Below are positions 1-11,963 of a stretch of 64,000 nt of DNA, piece by piece (the first letter of the stretch is position 1; the number at the start of each line of letters is the position of its first letter). The notes below the pieces were generated by a model, which did no database searches, was not told the origin of the DNA, and saw only the letters and a list, made by a program, of their open reading frames with translations. Made by a program: the position numbers and the translations under genes. Source of the stretch: Kondoa subrosea (taxonomy: Eukaryota); NCBI GenBank assembly GCA_039545335.1, contig BCIN01000005.1:1144641-1208640 (forward strand), in the 5' to 3' direction.

Positions 1-320
1 CCTATGCTTTGTCTTATCTATCTCCATCATCCTTTGCCAACATCTTCTGTTTTCTGCTTGCAATTCTGCACTTCAATTACGTAACTTGCTTAATGTACGC
101 ATGCTTTGCATCGACAGCCTTCGCTTCGCGTACGGCATCGTAGTCAGCTGTCAATTTGTGCCTTAGATTCAGCTTGTCATATTCGTGAACAGCCCATGTC
201 ATACGCTTCCTTTGTGTCCCTTGCTTGGGAGAGCTATTCCGACAGCTTTGCCAGACCCTGTGTCTAAATACTGAATAGCATTCTTTATCACAGGCTTCTA
301 CTGATGCCTCAAAGCCGAAA

Positions 321-1338
321 ATGAAACTTAGCAGCAAACTAGAGCAATTGAACGAGTATGCTCTTACATTTTCGACTTTGTCGTCCGGCTCTCCTCTTTC
401 TTACTGAGACCTGCAGAATCTCCCAAATCACTCACATTAATGACTTACCTGATCAAGCACCGCTATTCGTCCATTCTTCAACTTATCATGCAACCTCCTG
501 GCGTGTTCAAATCATTACCAAATCTGCTATTGATCCAGATACAACGCTGTACTATCAATCTCTCATTGATGAATCTGCTCTGAAAGAACTGTTCCTCAAG
601 TATTGGACCAGACAGGCCAAAGCTGTTGGAGGTTATGAAGCTTGTATTGAGATTATCGTGGAAGCGTTTGATAGAGGGAGATTGAATGCCAAAGGATACA
701 AGACTGGTCGCTCGTCCTTTGATGTGAGTTGCACGTGTCATATCATCCTTTAGCTTGTAAATCATTTACTACGTTACAGCTTCACATTGAAGGAAGTGAT
801 GCTACTATGCAACCGTTGGTCGTCAAAGTTCACGCTTTGGATGATAGCAAGAAAGAAGATCAGCTAGATCTATTCGAGCTGTTAATTATGGTGCGCGCTG
901 ATATTTTTAAAGCTGCGGTTCAGCTGAAAAGGTTGTTTATTGCCACAGCTCTCCGGAGAAGCTCACCAAAGCAAAAGCACTATCAGAGGAATGAACAATG
1001 CTGTCGGCAGACTAGCGGAGATGACTAAAGAACGAGATAGATTGGCTCGAAAGCTGGATGATGCTGAGCATCAAGTCAGTCAGCTCGGGAAAGTCGACAA
1101 AGCTAAAGCTAGTATGTCTACTATGCCTCGCTTGCTGTGTGTAGATGCTGATGGAATTTCAAGCTCTATCGAATCCGCACAAGCGTCCTAGAGGTCCAGC
1201 GAACCTTGCCGGCGCAAGTGGACCCATGTGAGTGCTCCTTCTCTTGTTGTGAAGCTAGCCTGACCAAAAGTGCACAGTCGTAAAGTCAAACAGCAAGAGT
1301 TTGCGGACTCGGATGATGATGACGAAGAGGACGATTGA
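321..1338 (+). CDS. Hypothetical XRCC4/XLF/PAXX-superfamily-like protein (spliced, ~6 exons)
   Basis: Exons join through GT-AG introns (356-416, 724-779, 891-947, 1112-1162, 1228-1277 approx.). The product has a globular N-terminus, a coiled coil (RLAEMTKERDRLARKLDDAEHQV) and the tail TLSNPHKRPRG...RKVKQQEFADSDDDDEEDD*, resembling the PAXX tail. Confidence 0.55.
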
Positions 1339-1427
1339 ATGCCTGAAAAGGCGGTGAGGAGTCCAACTACTATTTCCCCACTCATTGTATACATAAGCTA
1401 CCATTACAATTCCAACATGCATATATT

Positions 1428-3316
1428 TCATTCATCTAGTAAAGATTCCTGCATATTCTCGTCCACCGGTATCTCTGAACCTTCTACCGCGAGCTCTACC
1501 GTTGAAGGCACCGATATTGCTGGTATTGCTTCAGCTTGAGAGGTTGATTTCGCTTCACCAACTTTCGTAAGAATGCAAACTCCCTCGATATGATACGTCA
1601 TAGGAAACAGATCAGCTCCTTTGATGCTTTCAATCTTGTAACCACCATCTTTGACCAGAACGCCAACATCTCTCGCTTGCGTATGCACATTGCAAGAAAC
1701 ATAGATAACTTGACGGGGACCGAATTTGATTAATTGCTGTAGGAATAGATCATCACAACCCTTTCTAGGTGGATCAATGAGAATAGTAGTTTGTTGAGGT
1801 GGATAATCGATTTCCTATTACCATCAAAGTGAGTACGAAAGTCAGTCACTTACGTTAGTTTAAAAGATTCGCACTGTGCGCACTCACAGTAAAGATAGCT
1901 TCAGCGTTACCCACTATAAAATCTGCATTCTTGATACCATTCAGTTCAGCATTATGTTTTGCGTATTTTACACTATCAGCCGAAATTTCAACACCAGAGA
2001 TCTTGGTGAAATAGGAAGAAAGAGCAATTCCAAAGAGACCTGAGCCGCAGTAGGTGTCTACTAGATATTGTTCAGAAGTAGATGCAGTCAGAGCGGAAGA
2101 GACGTAGGAGACTAATGCTTCTAGAATGCCATTGTTGTTTTGGAAGAAAGAGCCTGTCAGTCAACGCGGAGTTAGAAACTCGATTACGAGATCCTAGCCT
2201 ACGTTACTGACCTGCGTTGAACTCGAAATCGTACGAAGCTACCTTCTCTCGAACTATCTCTTTATGATTCGTTATACAGATCGGCTTGTCTGCTTCTTCT
2301 GCTGGTATTGCGTTCAACTCGATATCTTTCTTGGCTGGAAGACTATGTCGAAGTAATAGAGTCGCTCCTCGCTTATATGTCCCAAGACTCCTAGAAACAG
2401 GAGATTCAGCTCTTGCAGCAAAGTACACAAAGATCTGACTAACTCCTTCACTTTCGCTCGTTGTACTTTGAGCTCTTCATTGATAGTCAAAGTAGCAATA
2501 GGACATTCTTCTATATCCATAACTTTCTTCCTGCCTTTGCTTTCGAATCCAATACAAAGACTCTCTTTCCTTTCTTCCAAGCTAAATTTCTTCATATTGC
2601 CCGGCTCAAAATGAGGTGTGAGTTTGGTTCGATAATTGTATTGTTCGGGTGAAGGTAAAGTAGGTAAAACACTTGGAATATCCTCTTCTGAAAGACCAGA
2701 AAAGTTCTTGAAAGCTTTTTCTACCACTAGTTGTTTATGAGATAATTGTTGATTGTAAGGTAGCATTTGATATTGACAGCCTGAGCATTCACCAAAGTAT
2801 TTGCATTTAATTAACGAATCATCTCGAGTGTATTTGTTGGAGGAAGAAGAAGAAGAAGAAATGCGTTTGACGAGATCGCCATAAGAGTGTAAATGATCGT
2901 TTCGATAGATCCGGGTAAGAACTCTTTCGCCAGGTAAGCAGAAAGGCACAACGACAACCCAATCTTCATGTACACCAAGACCATCGCCTAGAAAATCGTA
3001 GGAACATACGATCGGTGTTCATTCTGTATATAAGAATGAAGAGAGACCGACCATGAGAACTGAGCATCAGTATATCCAACTCGAACTCTTGCAAATGAGG
3101 GAACCTCTGCCATTTTTTCGGCCTCTTTTCACTCTCCAACCTGGTCATCGTTTCCTTACCTAGCAATGCAACAATATCATAACTCAAAACTTGCTCAACT
3201 CCTCCTGGCTTGACTTTCGGTTTAGCAGCATTCCCAGATTTTCGAGCATGATGAGCTCCAGTGTTTGCTTGATGGTTCATAGTCCTTTGTCGCTTGTGAG
3301 GTGGTTCACTAGACAT
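1428..3316 (-). CDS. TRM2: tRNA (uracil-5-)-methyltransferase (TRM2/TrmA family)
   Basis: TRAM-like PFCLPGERV, CKYFGECSGCQYQ, YNYRTKLTPHF, VDTYCGSGLF, IDPPRKGC, YVSCNVHTQARD and DLFPMTYHIE motifs occur across spliced exons. Confidence 0.93.
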
Positions 3317-3511
3317 CTTAGTAGCGAATCTGAGCAGTCCAGTGCTTGCTCGTCTGAGCATGAAAAATTGTCCATCTCTCTTCACGTAACAGTCAACCCA
3401 TCTACGCTTTTTTATAAGTGTCAAGAGCAGTGATCCTCAAGTCGTGAGCTCCATATAAAGAAATCAAGTAAATCAACAACAGCCTTCTACATATAAACGG
3501 AACTTGAAAAA

Positions 3512-4131
3512 ATGGGAGAACCAAATCCAAAGGTGCGGTAGCATCGATATAGCAGGCAGACTGGCATGCTTATTTGTTGCGATTTGCCTTACAGGCCTTC
3601 CCTCTGGCTGATACTGAATTGACGAACCAAATCTTGGAATTGGTACAGCAAGGTGAGCCGACTTTGACAGCTATCAGAATACATCTGATTAGGTCTTGAC
3701 GTTGTCTTACAGCCAGTCACTACAAGCAATTGTAGGCCGTCGTAATGTTGGAGTTGGCTATTGCTAACTATTAGATTTGCGCGTGCTACAGGAAGAAAGG
3801 TGCCAACGAAGCTACCAAAACCCTTAAGTGAGCATACTTCTGCTACTTTTCCCAATTGGAATGTCAACTAAAGATGTCTCACAGTCGCGGAGTAGCCGAA
3901 TTCATCGTCATGACCGCCGACACAGAACCTATTGAAATTCTTCTTCACTTACCTCTTTTATGTGAAGACAAGAACGTCCCTTATGTCTTTGTACCTAGCA
4001 AGACGGCATTAGGAAGAGCTTGTGGTGTTTCAAGGCCTGTCATTGCTGCCAGTGTTACCACCAATGAAGCGAGGGAATTGCAATCTCAGATTCAGACTAT
4101 CAAGCAAAAGATTGAGAGATTGCTGGTCTAA
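3512..4131 (+). CDS. SNU13: 15.5K/Snu13 box C/D and U4 snRNP RNA-binding protein (L7Ae family)
   Basis: Spliced sequence [84 protein letters not shown]...IERLLV*. Confidence 0.96.
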
Positions 4132-4403
4132 AGCTGTGATGATGATTGTGGGTCAACAACCTGACGGCCTTGATGTTGCTCAACTGGGCCTTCACGTTGA
4201 TCCACAGGCGCTTCAAATCTCACGAAGGCTGCAGAAGAAAGAATGTGATGCGTATTGCTCAACTTTACCGTTAGCTTCGTATAACAATATATGTCATACT
4301 TCACGCTGTAGCTCCGTCCAAAATTTGACCCCGCTTGCGCTTTCGCATAATGACTTTCTCTCTCACTCGACGAGTTATACAAGACCTCTCATAAGCTCAA
4401 GCA

Positions 4404-6491
4404 ATGACTGAAACCTCTACTCCTGCAGCTCCTGCTAGTGCAACAGGCGCCTCTGAGCAGCCTACGCTCATTGCCCAAGCTCAAGAAACCATAGCGAAAT
4501 ACATCCCTGGTTTAGGTTCTCTCGCTTCAAAGCCTGCAGCCAAACCCAAACGTTCGCGCAACAAAGCTAACAAGACCAATTCTGGCGCTGCTGTTCCTAC
4601 TTTGAGCACAAATGGCGAAAGTACTGGCGAACCCAAAAGTAACACCACTGCCTCGCATGGTTTAACTTTGGAAGGATTGGGTTCTAGTACTGAACCTTTG
4701 GATTTACCTCAACGTACTCCCGCTTCTGTTATTATTGGTAAACGCCTTAAAGCTACAGCAAAGAAATTGGTTCGTTCCTCTTGCCTTGTCATTCTGTTTG
4801 TATAAGCTGATTGGATGAAATGGGGAGAATAGCAACGTATTGAAGGTTATACTGGAGATAACCTTAATGCGGATCAGCAACGTGCTGTAGCTTCAAAACC
4901 TGCTCTTGAAGCAGTTCAAAAGGAATTACAAGAGATTGTTAAAGTTCTTGAGGTGCGTTGTCCCCTTTGAAACAGCTGTTCGTACCTTTAAGTCTATTGG
5001 GGTGAACGCACAGACTGAAGAAGCGGAAGTCGAGAAGGATAACACTACTCGAAGCGCTCATGAAGACAAGCGAACTCAATCCCGAATCGCTCATGCTGTT
5101 CATCAAACACGGGTCCGTCAACTCAAGCCTCTCTGTATATTCGTGTACTAATTAGAGATTTGTTGGACCACAGGAATCATCCAAGGGCGATCTGTCCTTA
5201 CTTTTCCAATTCCTACATCTCAGCTCAATGTTCAGCCCAAATCAAGGTTTCAATCCGCCTGAACATCCGGGTACGTCAAATTGAGTTACAAAGCCTCTTC
5301 CTCATTTGCTGACCTTTGCGCCATTGCGATTACCACAGCTGTCGTTCAAAATGCAACAGGTCAGGAAGCTGCTGCTGTTCGCATGCTTGCCAACGCTTTC
5401 GAGAACGGTCCACTTATGGGAGGCGGTGAAGATGCTTTCGAGAGATTGAGCAAATTGCAACATGGTCAAGAAGATCAAGTTGTCGACGGCGTTACTTGTG
5501 CGTGTTTGAAATCAATTTGCTGTATATCAGCTTAAATAGTTTCGGAACATGCACAGATGCTCGTATCAAGCAAATGATTCTTGATCTTACTGCACCTCCT
5601 GAAGAACTTATGGAATCTCACAACGAAGCTCCTGCTTCCACTAATGGTCTTCAAGATGGTGCAGTCGTCGACCCTGAGGAAGAGGAAGCAGCTCAACAAG
5701 CTCATGCCAACGCTTTGAACAATGGTCCATCTTTGACTTTTATGCAAGCTTCTGAATTGGACACTCCTTCTCAAACTCAAGAACAGCATGTAGCTCAAGC
5801 TCCTGTAAGAGAATCATGGGGTGAATTAGCCCAACCTACAGCTCCTACTACAACAGCTACAAACGAGTGGACAACCGAAAATACTTCTTCCATGCAGCCG
5901 GAAGGAACTGGAGCTAAACCAATTTCATCTTGGGCTGATGAAGTAGATGAAGCTACTTCTTCTTCTGCCGCTGCTGTTCCTCCTCATCACTCTACCTCTG
6001 CTTCAATCAACGAACAAGGTTTAGCACCAGTTGTGGAAATGCAACCTACTTCTAATATCCCGTTGAACGAACCTGTTATGGGAACTGAATTGGAATCTAC
6101 TCCTTTATTGTCTGCTACTGGAGGAGAAGTTGCTGGTCGTGGCAGAGGACGTGGAAGAGGTGGAAGAGGAAGAGGAGAACATCATCATCGAGGAGGACAA
6201 GATGGTGAAAGAAGAAACAACAACAACAACAATGGAGAACGTTCAAATTACAGAGGATCTTCTTCTACAAGAGGTACTGGTTCATACCGCGGCAATGCAG
6301 AACATAAACCTCAAGAACCTGTTGAAGATGGTTGGGCTAGAGTTGAGAAGAAAGCGTTTGATGGCAATGATTCGGGTAGAAGCAGAGGAAGAGGAGGTAG
6401 AGGTGGTTTCCGTGGAGAAAGACGAGGTGGGCAAGGATCAGAGAGAAGGGGTGCCTCGAAGGTACTTGAAGGCGTAGTCAATAAGCCGTAA
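4404..6491 (+). CDS. Caprin-1/YAG7-like RNA-binding protein with C-terminal RGG region
   Basis: IIGKRLKATAKKL-QRIEGY...LNADQQRAVASKPALEAVQKELQE resembles the Caprin HR1 coiled coil. It is followed by a long low-complexity middle and RGRGRGGRG repeats. The 3' end is uncertain. Confidence 0.65.
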
Positions 6492-7072
6492 GCCAGAAGC
6501 GATAAAAAGTCATCAGGACCAAGGAATTGCAGTGGCCTCTAATACATCAGTGCGACTACCTCGTGACCTGGACAAAGCAGACTTGAATCTCCCAATTGGT
6601 CGGCTTGAGCTGAAATCTCCAAACATCGCTTTCAGTGCAAGAACCACGACGATACCTTGTACTTCTCCTTCATACCACAGCATCTATACCTCTTCTACCG
6701 GAAGCTACCTTTCCTCAAGCGGCTCCTACGTTGTGACAGTGGATTGTCATCGTCATACCGATCATTGATCTGCTGTAAGTCAAGCTCCCTCCTGGGTCTA
6801 TATTGCTAATGTGTCGTGCTACCAGTCCTAGCCATCTTTGACAAGCATTTCATCTTTCTTTTGGATCATCTCCTCCCTCTTTGAGTACTTGGGTCATGAC
6901 AACATCTGGACAACCTAACGCAACCATCCTGAGACAGCGGTTTTGGTCTTCTTCTTCTCCTCTCTTCTATCCCAACGTCGTTCATGCAGTCGACAGACCT
7001 CAAATTTCAGTCCCTAGCTTAGACAGGCGACTAGCTCGTCCGCTTCGAATATCAGAATGCAAATGGGCTAAA

Positions 7073-7126
7073 TGGGATGATACTCATCGCTCTCAAGCTG
7101 GGATGATACTCATCGCTCTCAAGCTG
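7073..7126. repeat. Perfect 26-bp tandem duplication (TGGGATGATACTCATCGCTCTCAAGC x2)
   Basis: Read directly at 7073-7098 and 7099-7124, followed by TG. Confidence 0.95.
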
Positions 7127-7134
7127 TGGTGACT

Positions 7135-7745
7135 ATGGATCTAATTATACTCAGGGAGCATAAAGAGGAAGGCAACCCAATGGTTCAGAGTTCTTTTATG
7201 GTTACTCCTGCAATAGACGCTTTTCTTTCAGAGGTAGCTAGCAAATGGTGGAGTACAATTGACCTTCGCGATCGAGCTTCTTCTATCTTCCAATTACTGG
7301 ACAAGCAGGGTGCGATCACCAAAGAAGAGGCGGAAATGGTGGATGATGAATTGAGAGACGCTGAAGCTATGTTGGATCCTGATGGCATGGCTGGAGCAGC
7401 AGTTAGAGATATGGTCAGGTTGGAAGTGAAGTCTGCTGATAGCGACTCAATCAGGCGTCTACTTAATGGTCAGTCCAATCTCCATTGCCAGTTGCTAGCT
7501 GTTCTAAGCCCGCTAGCAGAGGCCCAGGCGCATGTTCTAGAACACATCAGTCAGTACGATATCAGCCCGCGATGCGCGTCTTACTAACGCTGTTATCAGG
7601 CCTACTGCAGGTTATCAAACGTACAGTCCGACGAATGAATGATAGTTACCAGAAAGAGCGAAAGAATGACATTTCGCGACAACAAAGGCGTTCTTCTTCT
7701 TCTTCCGAGCACTCAGTGTACAGCAGCTTTGGCTTTTCCCTCTAA
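7135..7745 (+). CDS. Orphan helical protein (2 exons)
   Basis: An ORF of ~140 codons is followed by a clean intron (GTCAGT...TACTAAC...TCAG, ~7550-7600) that splices in frame to LLQVIKRTVRRMNDSYQKERK. I recognise no family. Confidence 0.4.
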
Positions 7746-7799
7746 TCTGAGCTGTTTGGCACAAACCGATGGATTTAGGCTGATTTGGGCCGGACTAAG

Positions 7800-8240
7800 A
7801 ACCTCAATTTACCTGGCCAGAAGTGAGAAGATGAGTTCGGGTCAAGGTAGCGAAGTAGCAGAACGGAATGCCGAGGGCTCTCATATCAATAAGAGGTAAT
7901 TATCTTGCTGATTGTACTTGAACCATCTGATTGCATGTCTTGTAGTTTGCTCGCGCTTGACAACGTCATTGGCAAACTCTCATCAGCAGCCGGGAAATCG
8001 TGAGATCAATTTCCTCGCTTTATGATGATACGCTAAGATCCTTCTTCCAGATCTTCTCAACATATGCCTTACCGAGATTCGAAACTTACTCGATTGCTAC
8101 AAACATCACTAGGCGGTAATGCGCGGGTCGCTGTCGTCTGCACTGCTCTCCTGATCCTTTGCAGGCTGCCAAAAGTGTCTCTACCTTGAAGTTCGTTCGC
8201 AGCGCAAAGATGGTTGTCACCAAAGCTGAAAGAGGATTGG
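7800..8240 (+). pseudogene. Degenerate kinesin motor-domain C-terminal fragment (kinesin-7-like) with retained introns
   Basis: NL[+1]IYLARSEK (from NLIDLAGSEK), ERNAEGSHINKS|LLALDNVIGKLS and [28 protein letters not shown][-1][30 protein letters not shown]. There are two frameshifts and no P-loop upstream. Confidence 0.88.
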
Positions 8241-8283
8241 TCAGTCCTCTCTTGATACTTCCAACAGCAAGTAAAGCTTTAGG

Positions 8284-9810
8284 TTACAATGTAATCCCGA
8301 AACCTTGCATCTCATTCTTCATATTGGTATCAAGTGCTTCCCAGGCTGCGACTTTCACGTCATCGCGACCACCTAGATTCAGAACACTCTTGCCATCCAG
8401 TTCATTCCACCAAGCGTGATGTTTGAGCTGAGCTACATCGCAATCCCAACAATCCATCACGAAATCAGCAAAGAGCTGTCCAATATGCTCAGGTCTTTTG
8501 GCGACCAGAGTTTGTAGCTCCGACTGCGTGAGATGCCAATAGTGAGTACCCTCGCCAGCCTGTAGCAGTTTAAGCACAGTATCCAGCTGTATGTAGTGAA
8601 GCTTACATGAATTGACCATACTACTGATGAGAATTTGGCCATATCAGCCTTCACACCTTCTGCTGTCACAGTCGCGCATTGACCGAAGTCAATAAGCTTG
8701 ACAGAAAAATCTGGCATGATAACCAAGTTCGGAGTCTTGCAAGCATTCCAGACTAGGCCGAGATCTTTGTGAAGGTATCCGAGACCCAGAAAAATGGATG
8801 AGATGATGTGTCGGACAGTTGCTTGAGGAAGTCGTCTGTTTAACAGAGATTCAGCGACTTTCCGGGGCTTGAATGAGTAAGGTACTTACAATTCGTGCTT
8901 GATGGGCTTAGCACGCTGTAGATCATCCAAACGTGAGGCATCTGGAGCTAATTTGTCCAAAAAGGTCGATATCTGACCCAAACCGCGTCAGAAGGTTTGC
9001 CCAAAAAGAGAGGACATCACGAACGGGAGCAGTTGAGAACTTATCAGCCAACTCTAGGAAATCTTTGAGTGCACAGCATCCTCTCTCCATAATGATCATC
9101 TCTGGTTCTAAACCCAGATCAAAGGCTCGAAGAGTGTAAGGGTTGCCAGGCTTCTCCATGATCTGAGAATAGACTTTGTTTTCTTGCTGGAATTGATCAA
9201 TGAACGCCTTCTTGTTCCACGATGGGTTTAAATGTTCATGACTGCTTTGGCCAACCAAGACTTTGACTGCGAAAACATCATCGTTTTTCTTCGCCTCAAA
9301 GACATCGCAAGTCATGCCATCAGCAGAGATATGTTTAACAATCTCATATGATCTGCATCGCCTGCATTCAACGACGAAAGGTAGAGAATGAACGAAAGCA
9401 AAGCTAACCCAAACTTGTAGGGCAAAGAAGTAACGCGAGTTTGACGAGGAAACATTACTTGGTAGTGAAGAGAGAGAGAGAGAAAGAAATATTAAAGAGA
9501 GCAGAGGAGAAATCAAGCAGCGCACGGACAGACCTGAAAGGCAATGTTGGTCTATACTATTTCAAGATAGCTGAACACTGCGCAGCTGGTGATGCATAGC
9601 TCTGCTGCAGCTTTGCTCTGCCCAGATAGTGTTTTGGGAGCGCCTGCTTGAATTGGGAATTGAGCGCTCAACCGAATTAGACAGCGAGAAGTCATCCGCG
9701 AGAATCCGCACAATTTCTTCCAGAGTAGATGTTTTGAGGACGAGCTTCTCTTCGCCTTTGTATGTAAGTAGTGGCTGCAACGCCTCGACAGCTGAGTAAT
9801 CTTGGGACAT
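8284..9810 (-). CDS. Divergent protein-kinase-fold protein (probable pseudokinase)
   Basis: VFAVKV (beta3 Lys), FQQE (alphaC), LGYLHKDLGLVWNACKTPNLVI (catalytic loop without Asp) and VKLIDFG. The kinase domain spans ~8284-9350. The 5' exons and the start at 9810 are uncertain. Confidence 0.65.
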
Positions 9811-9863
9811 ACCGTAGTTCGCTTTTCTTGTGACACAGCGGTGGAAGATTTGGCTCGGATGCG

Positions 9864-11885
9864 ATGGCTTCGACTCCTGCGGCGACGACAGGCTCAAGAC
9901 TGCTATTCCTGAGCACGGCAGTCAAAACCTTGCTGTTTCCTTCGTATAGATCTACAGACTTTGATGTGCACCGAAAGTGAGTAGCTTAACGCGCTGCTGC
10001 ACGCTTTCTGAACGTGTCAATTGGCAGCTGGTTGCGTATAACGAATGGTTTGCCTCTGAGCGAGTGGTACTACGATGTCAAGAGCGAATGGACGCTGGAT
10101 TATCCACCTGTATGTTACCTCGCATATCTCATTGTCTGCTCTAGCTGTCCTAAATAATCGTTCAGTTCTTCGCTTTCTTCGAGAAGATACTTTCTGCGGT
10201 TGCGGCAGTGATTGACCCAAGTATCGCCTCACTCGAAGCTGTCAATTATGCGACTGTTGCTTTTCAGAGGAGCAGTGTCATTCTTTCCGAGTTCATTCTG
10301 GCCGCTGGAATCTTGTCGTACGTTTTCTTTGGTACCTATGAAAGCATTACCAATGCTGTCGCTTCTAGATCGACAGTTACGAACCTTTCTGACCCAGGCT
10401 CAACCTCTTTCGCCATCGCTGTGTCTCTCTTCTTCCACCCTGGTTTCCTTCTTATCGACCATATCCACTTTCAGTACAATGGCATGCTTTTCGGATTCCT
10501 GTTACTTAGTCTGTCGGCCGCCAGAAGAGTAAGCTCTCGTTTCGTTAGCCATCTTCCAGTCTGAAGCGTGTACTCATAGGATCAGCATGTTCTCTGCGCC
10601 ACCTACTTTGCCATCTTGCTCAATTTCAAGCATATCTTTGCTTACATCGCTCTGCCATTCGTCATCTACCTGTTTCGAGCTTATTGCATGCAGCAAGGTA
10701 TATAACTACTTGCACTCGATCATACATCTGAAGCTCATCAAATGCAGGCCAGCTGGAACTTGACAAGCTCATTCGACTTGGTTCAATCGCCATTGGTATC
10801 TGCCTGGTCTCTTTCGGCCCTTTCCTTTTGGCTGGCGGAATCGATCAGATACGACAGATTCTTAGTCGTCTCTTTCCTTTTCAGCGCGGCCTAAATCATG
10901 CTTATTGGGCTGCAAATATCTGGGCTATAATGAGCGCTGTCGACCGAGTTCTGATCCAATGTAAGTGCTATCCATCAATTCGTACCTCATATTCAATTGT
11001 CGTAGATCTCAACAAAAGAGGATGGCCCATTTCTGCAGAGGCGATCAATTCTACCTCTCGCGGACTAGTAGGCAATACAAACTGGGCAATTCTACCAGAA
11101 GTAACACCTCGTACATGTTTCGCTATCACAATAGCTTTCAATCTGGTATTGCTCTCCTGTTCATTGCGTCTGTGCGGATTATTGATGAGAGTCAACAGAT
11201 CTTCTTGACGAAACTTTGGCGAAAACCTACCTACCCAGTCTTCCTTCGAGCTGTCATCTTATCTGCTTACACATCCTTTCTCTTCGGATGGCATGTACAC
11301 GAGAAAGCTGTGATGCTCTTCCTTGTACCACTCAGGTGAGATGCCTCCCTCTGTTGTGGCTGGATCGGCCTTGACGATTTTACCTCAGCTTGATCGCTGC
11401 CGATGATTATCAGCACTATCGCTCTTTCTTGGTCGCTTCCGCAGCTGGTATATATGGGTTGTTCCCTTTGATGATCCGCTCCGATGGTACAGTCATATCT
11501 CTTCAAGTCTCTAATAAAGCTGATGAACGTTTGGTCAGAAACATTACTCAAGATCGTATATACTGTCCTCTGGTCTGCGTTGGCCTTCAAAAACATTGGC
11601 AGAAGCGTGCACAGGTGAGTTGCTCCCTGTACAACGCGTCTTCAGCTGATTATGTACAGACCAACCCCTACGCTCTTCGGCATGCTCGTTATGTACGCGG
11701 AAAATGCATACCTCTGTGGCTTCGTGCTACTTCAGCTTTATGTATCAATACTGCATGCTTTGCTTCTCAGAGGAAGACAGAGTATGGAATTCCTGCCCCT
11801 AATGTTGACGTCCGTATATTGTGCTGTTGGTATAATATGGTCATTTGGGCGATTGTCGATAGCTTATCTTTTCAATGACCAATGA
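9864..11885 (+). CDS. ALG8: Dolichyl-P-Glc alpha-1,3-glucosyltransferase ALG8
   Basis: [60 protein letters not shown] and FGWHVHEKA motifs. Confidence 0.95.
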
Positions 11886-11963
11886 GTAACTCGTGTAGCA
11901 ATGCGAAATGTAATGGTTACAATGACAAAAAGGAAGAACCCGAATTCTAATTACCACTCTCTT

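Noticed and set aside
77..337. 86-aa minus-strand ORF at the window start
   Set aside because: It has no recognisable motif or convincing splice structure and overlaps the promoter and first exon of the PAXX-like gene.
9468..9490. (AG)n microsatellite; also (GAA)n near 2842 and (AAC/AAT)n near 63708
   Set aside because: These are ordinary simple repeats.
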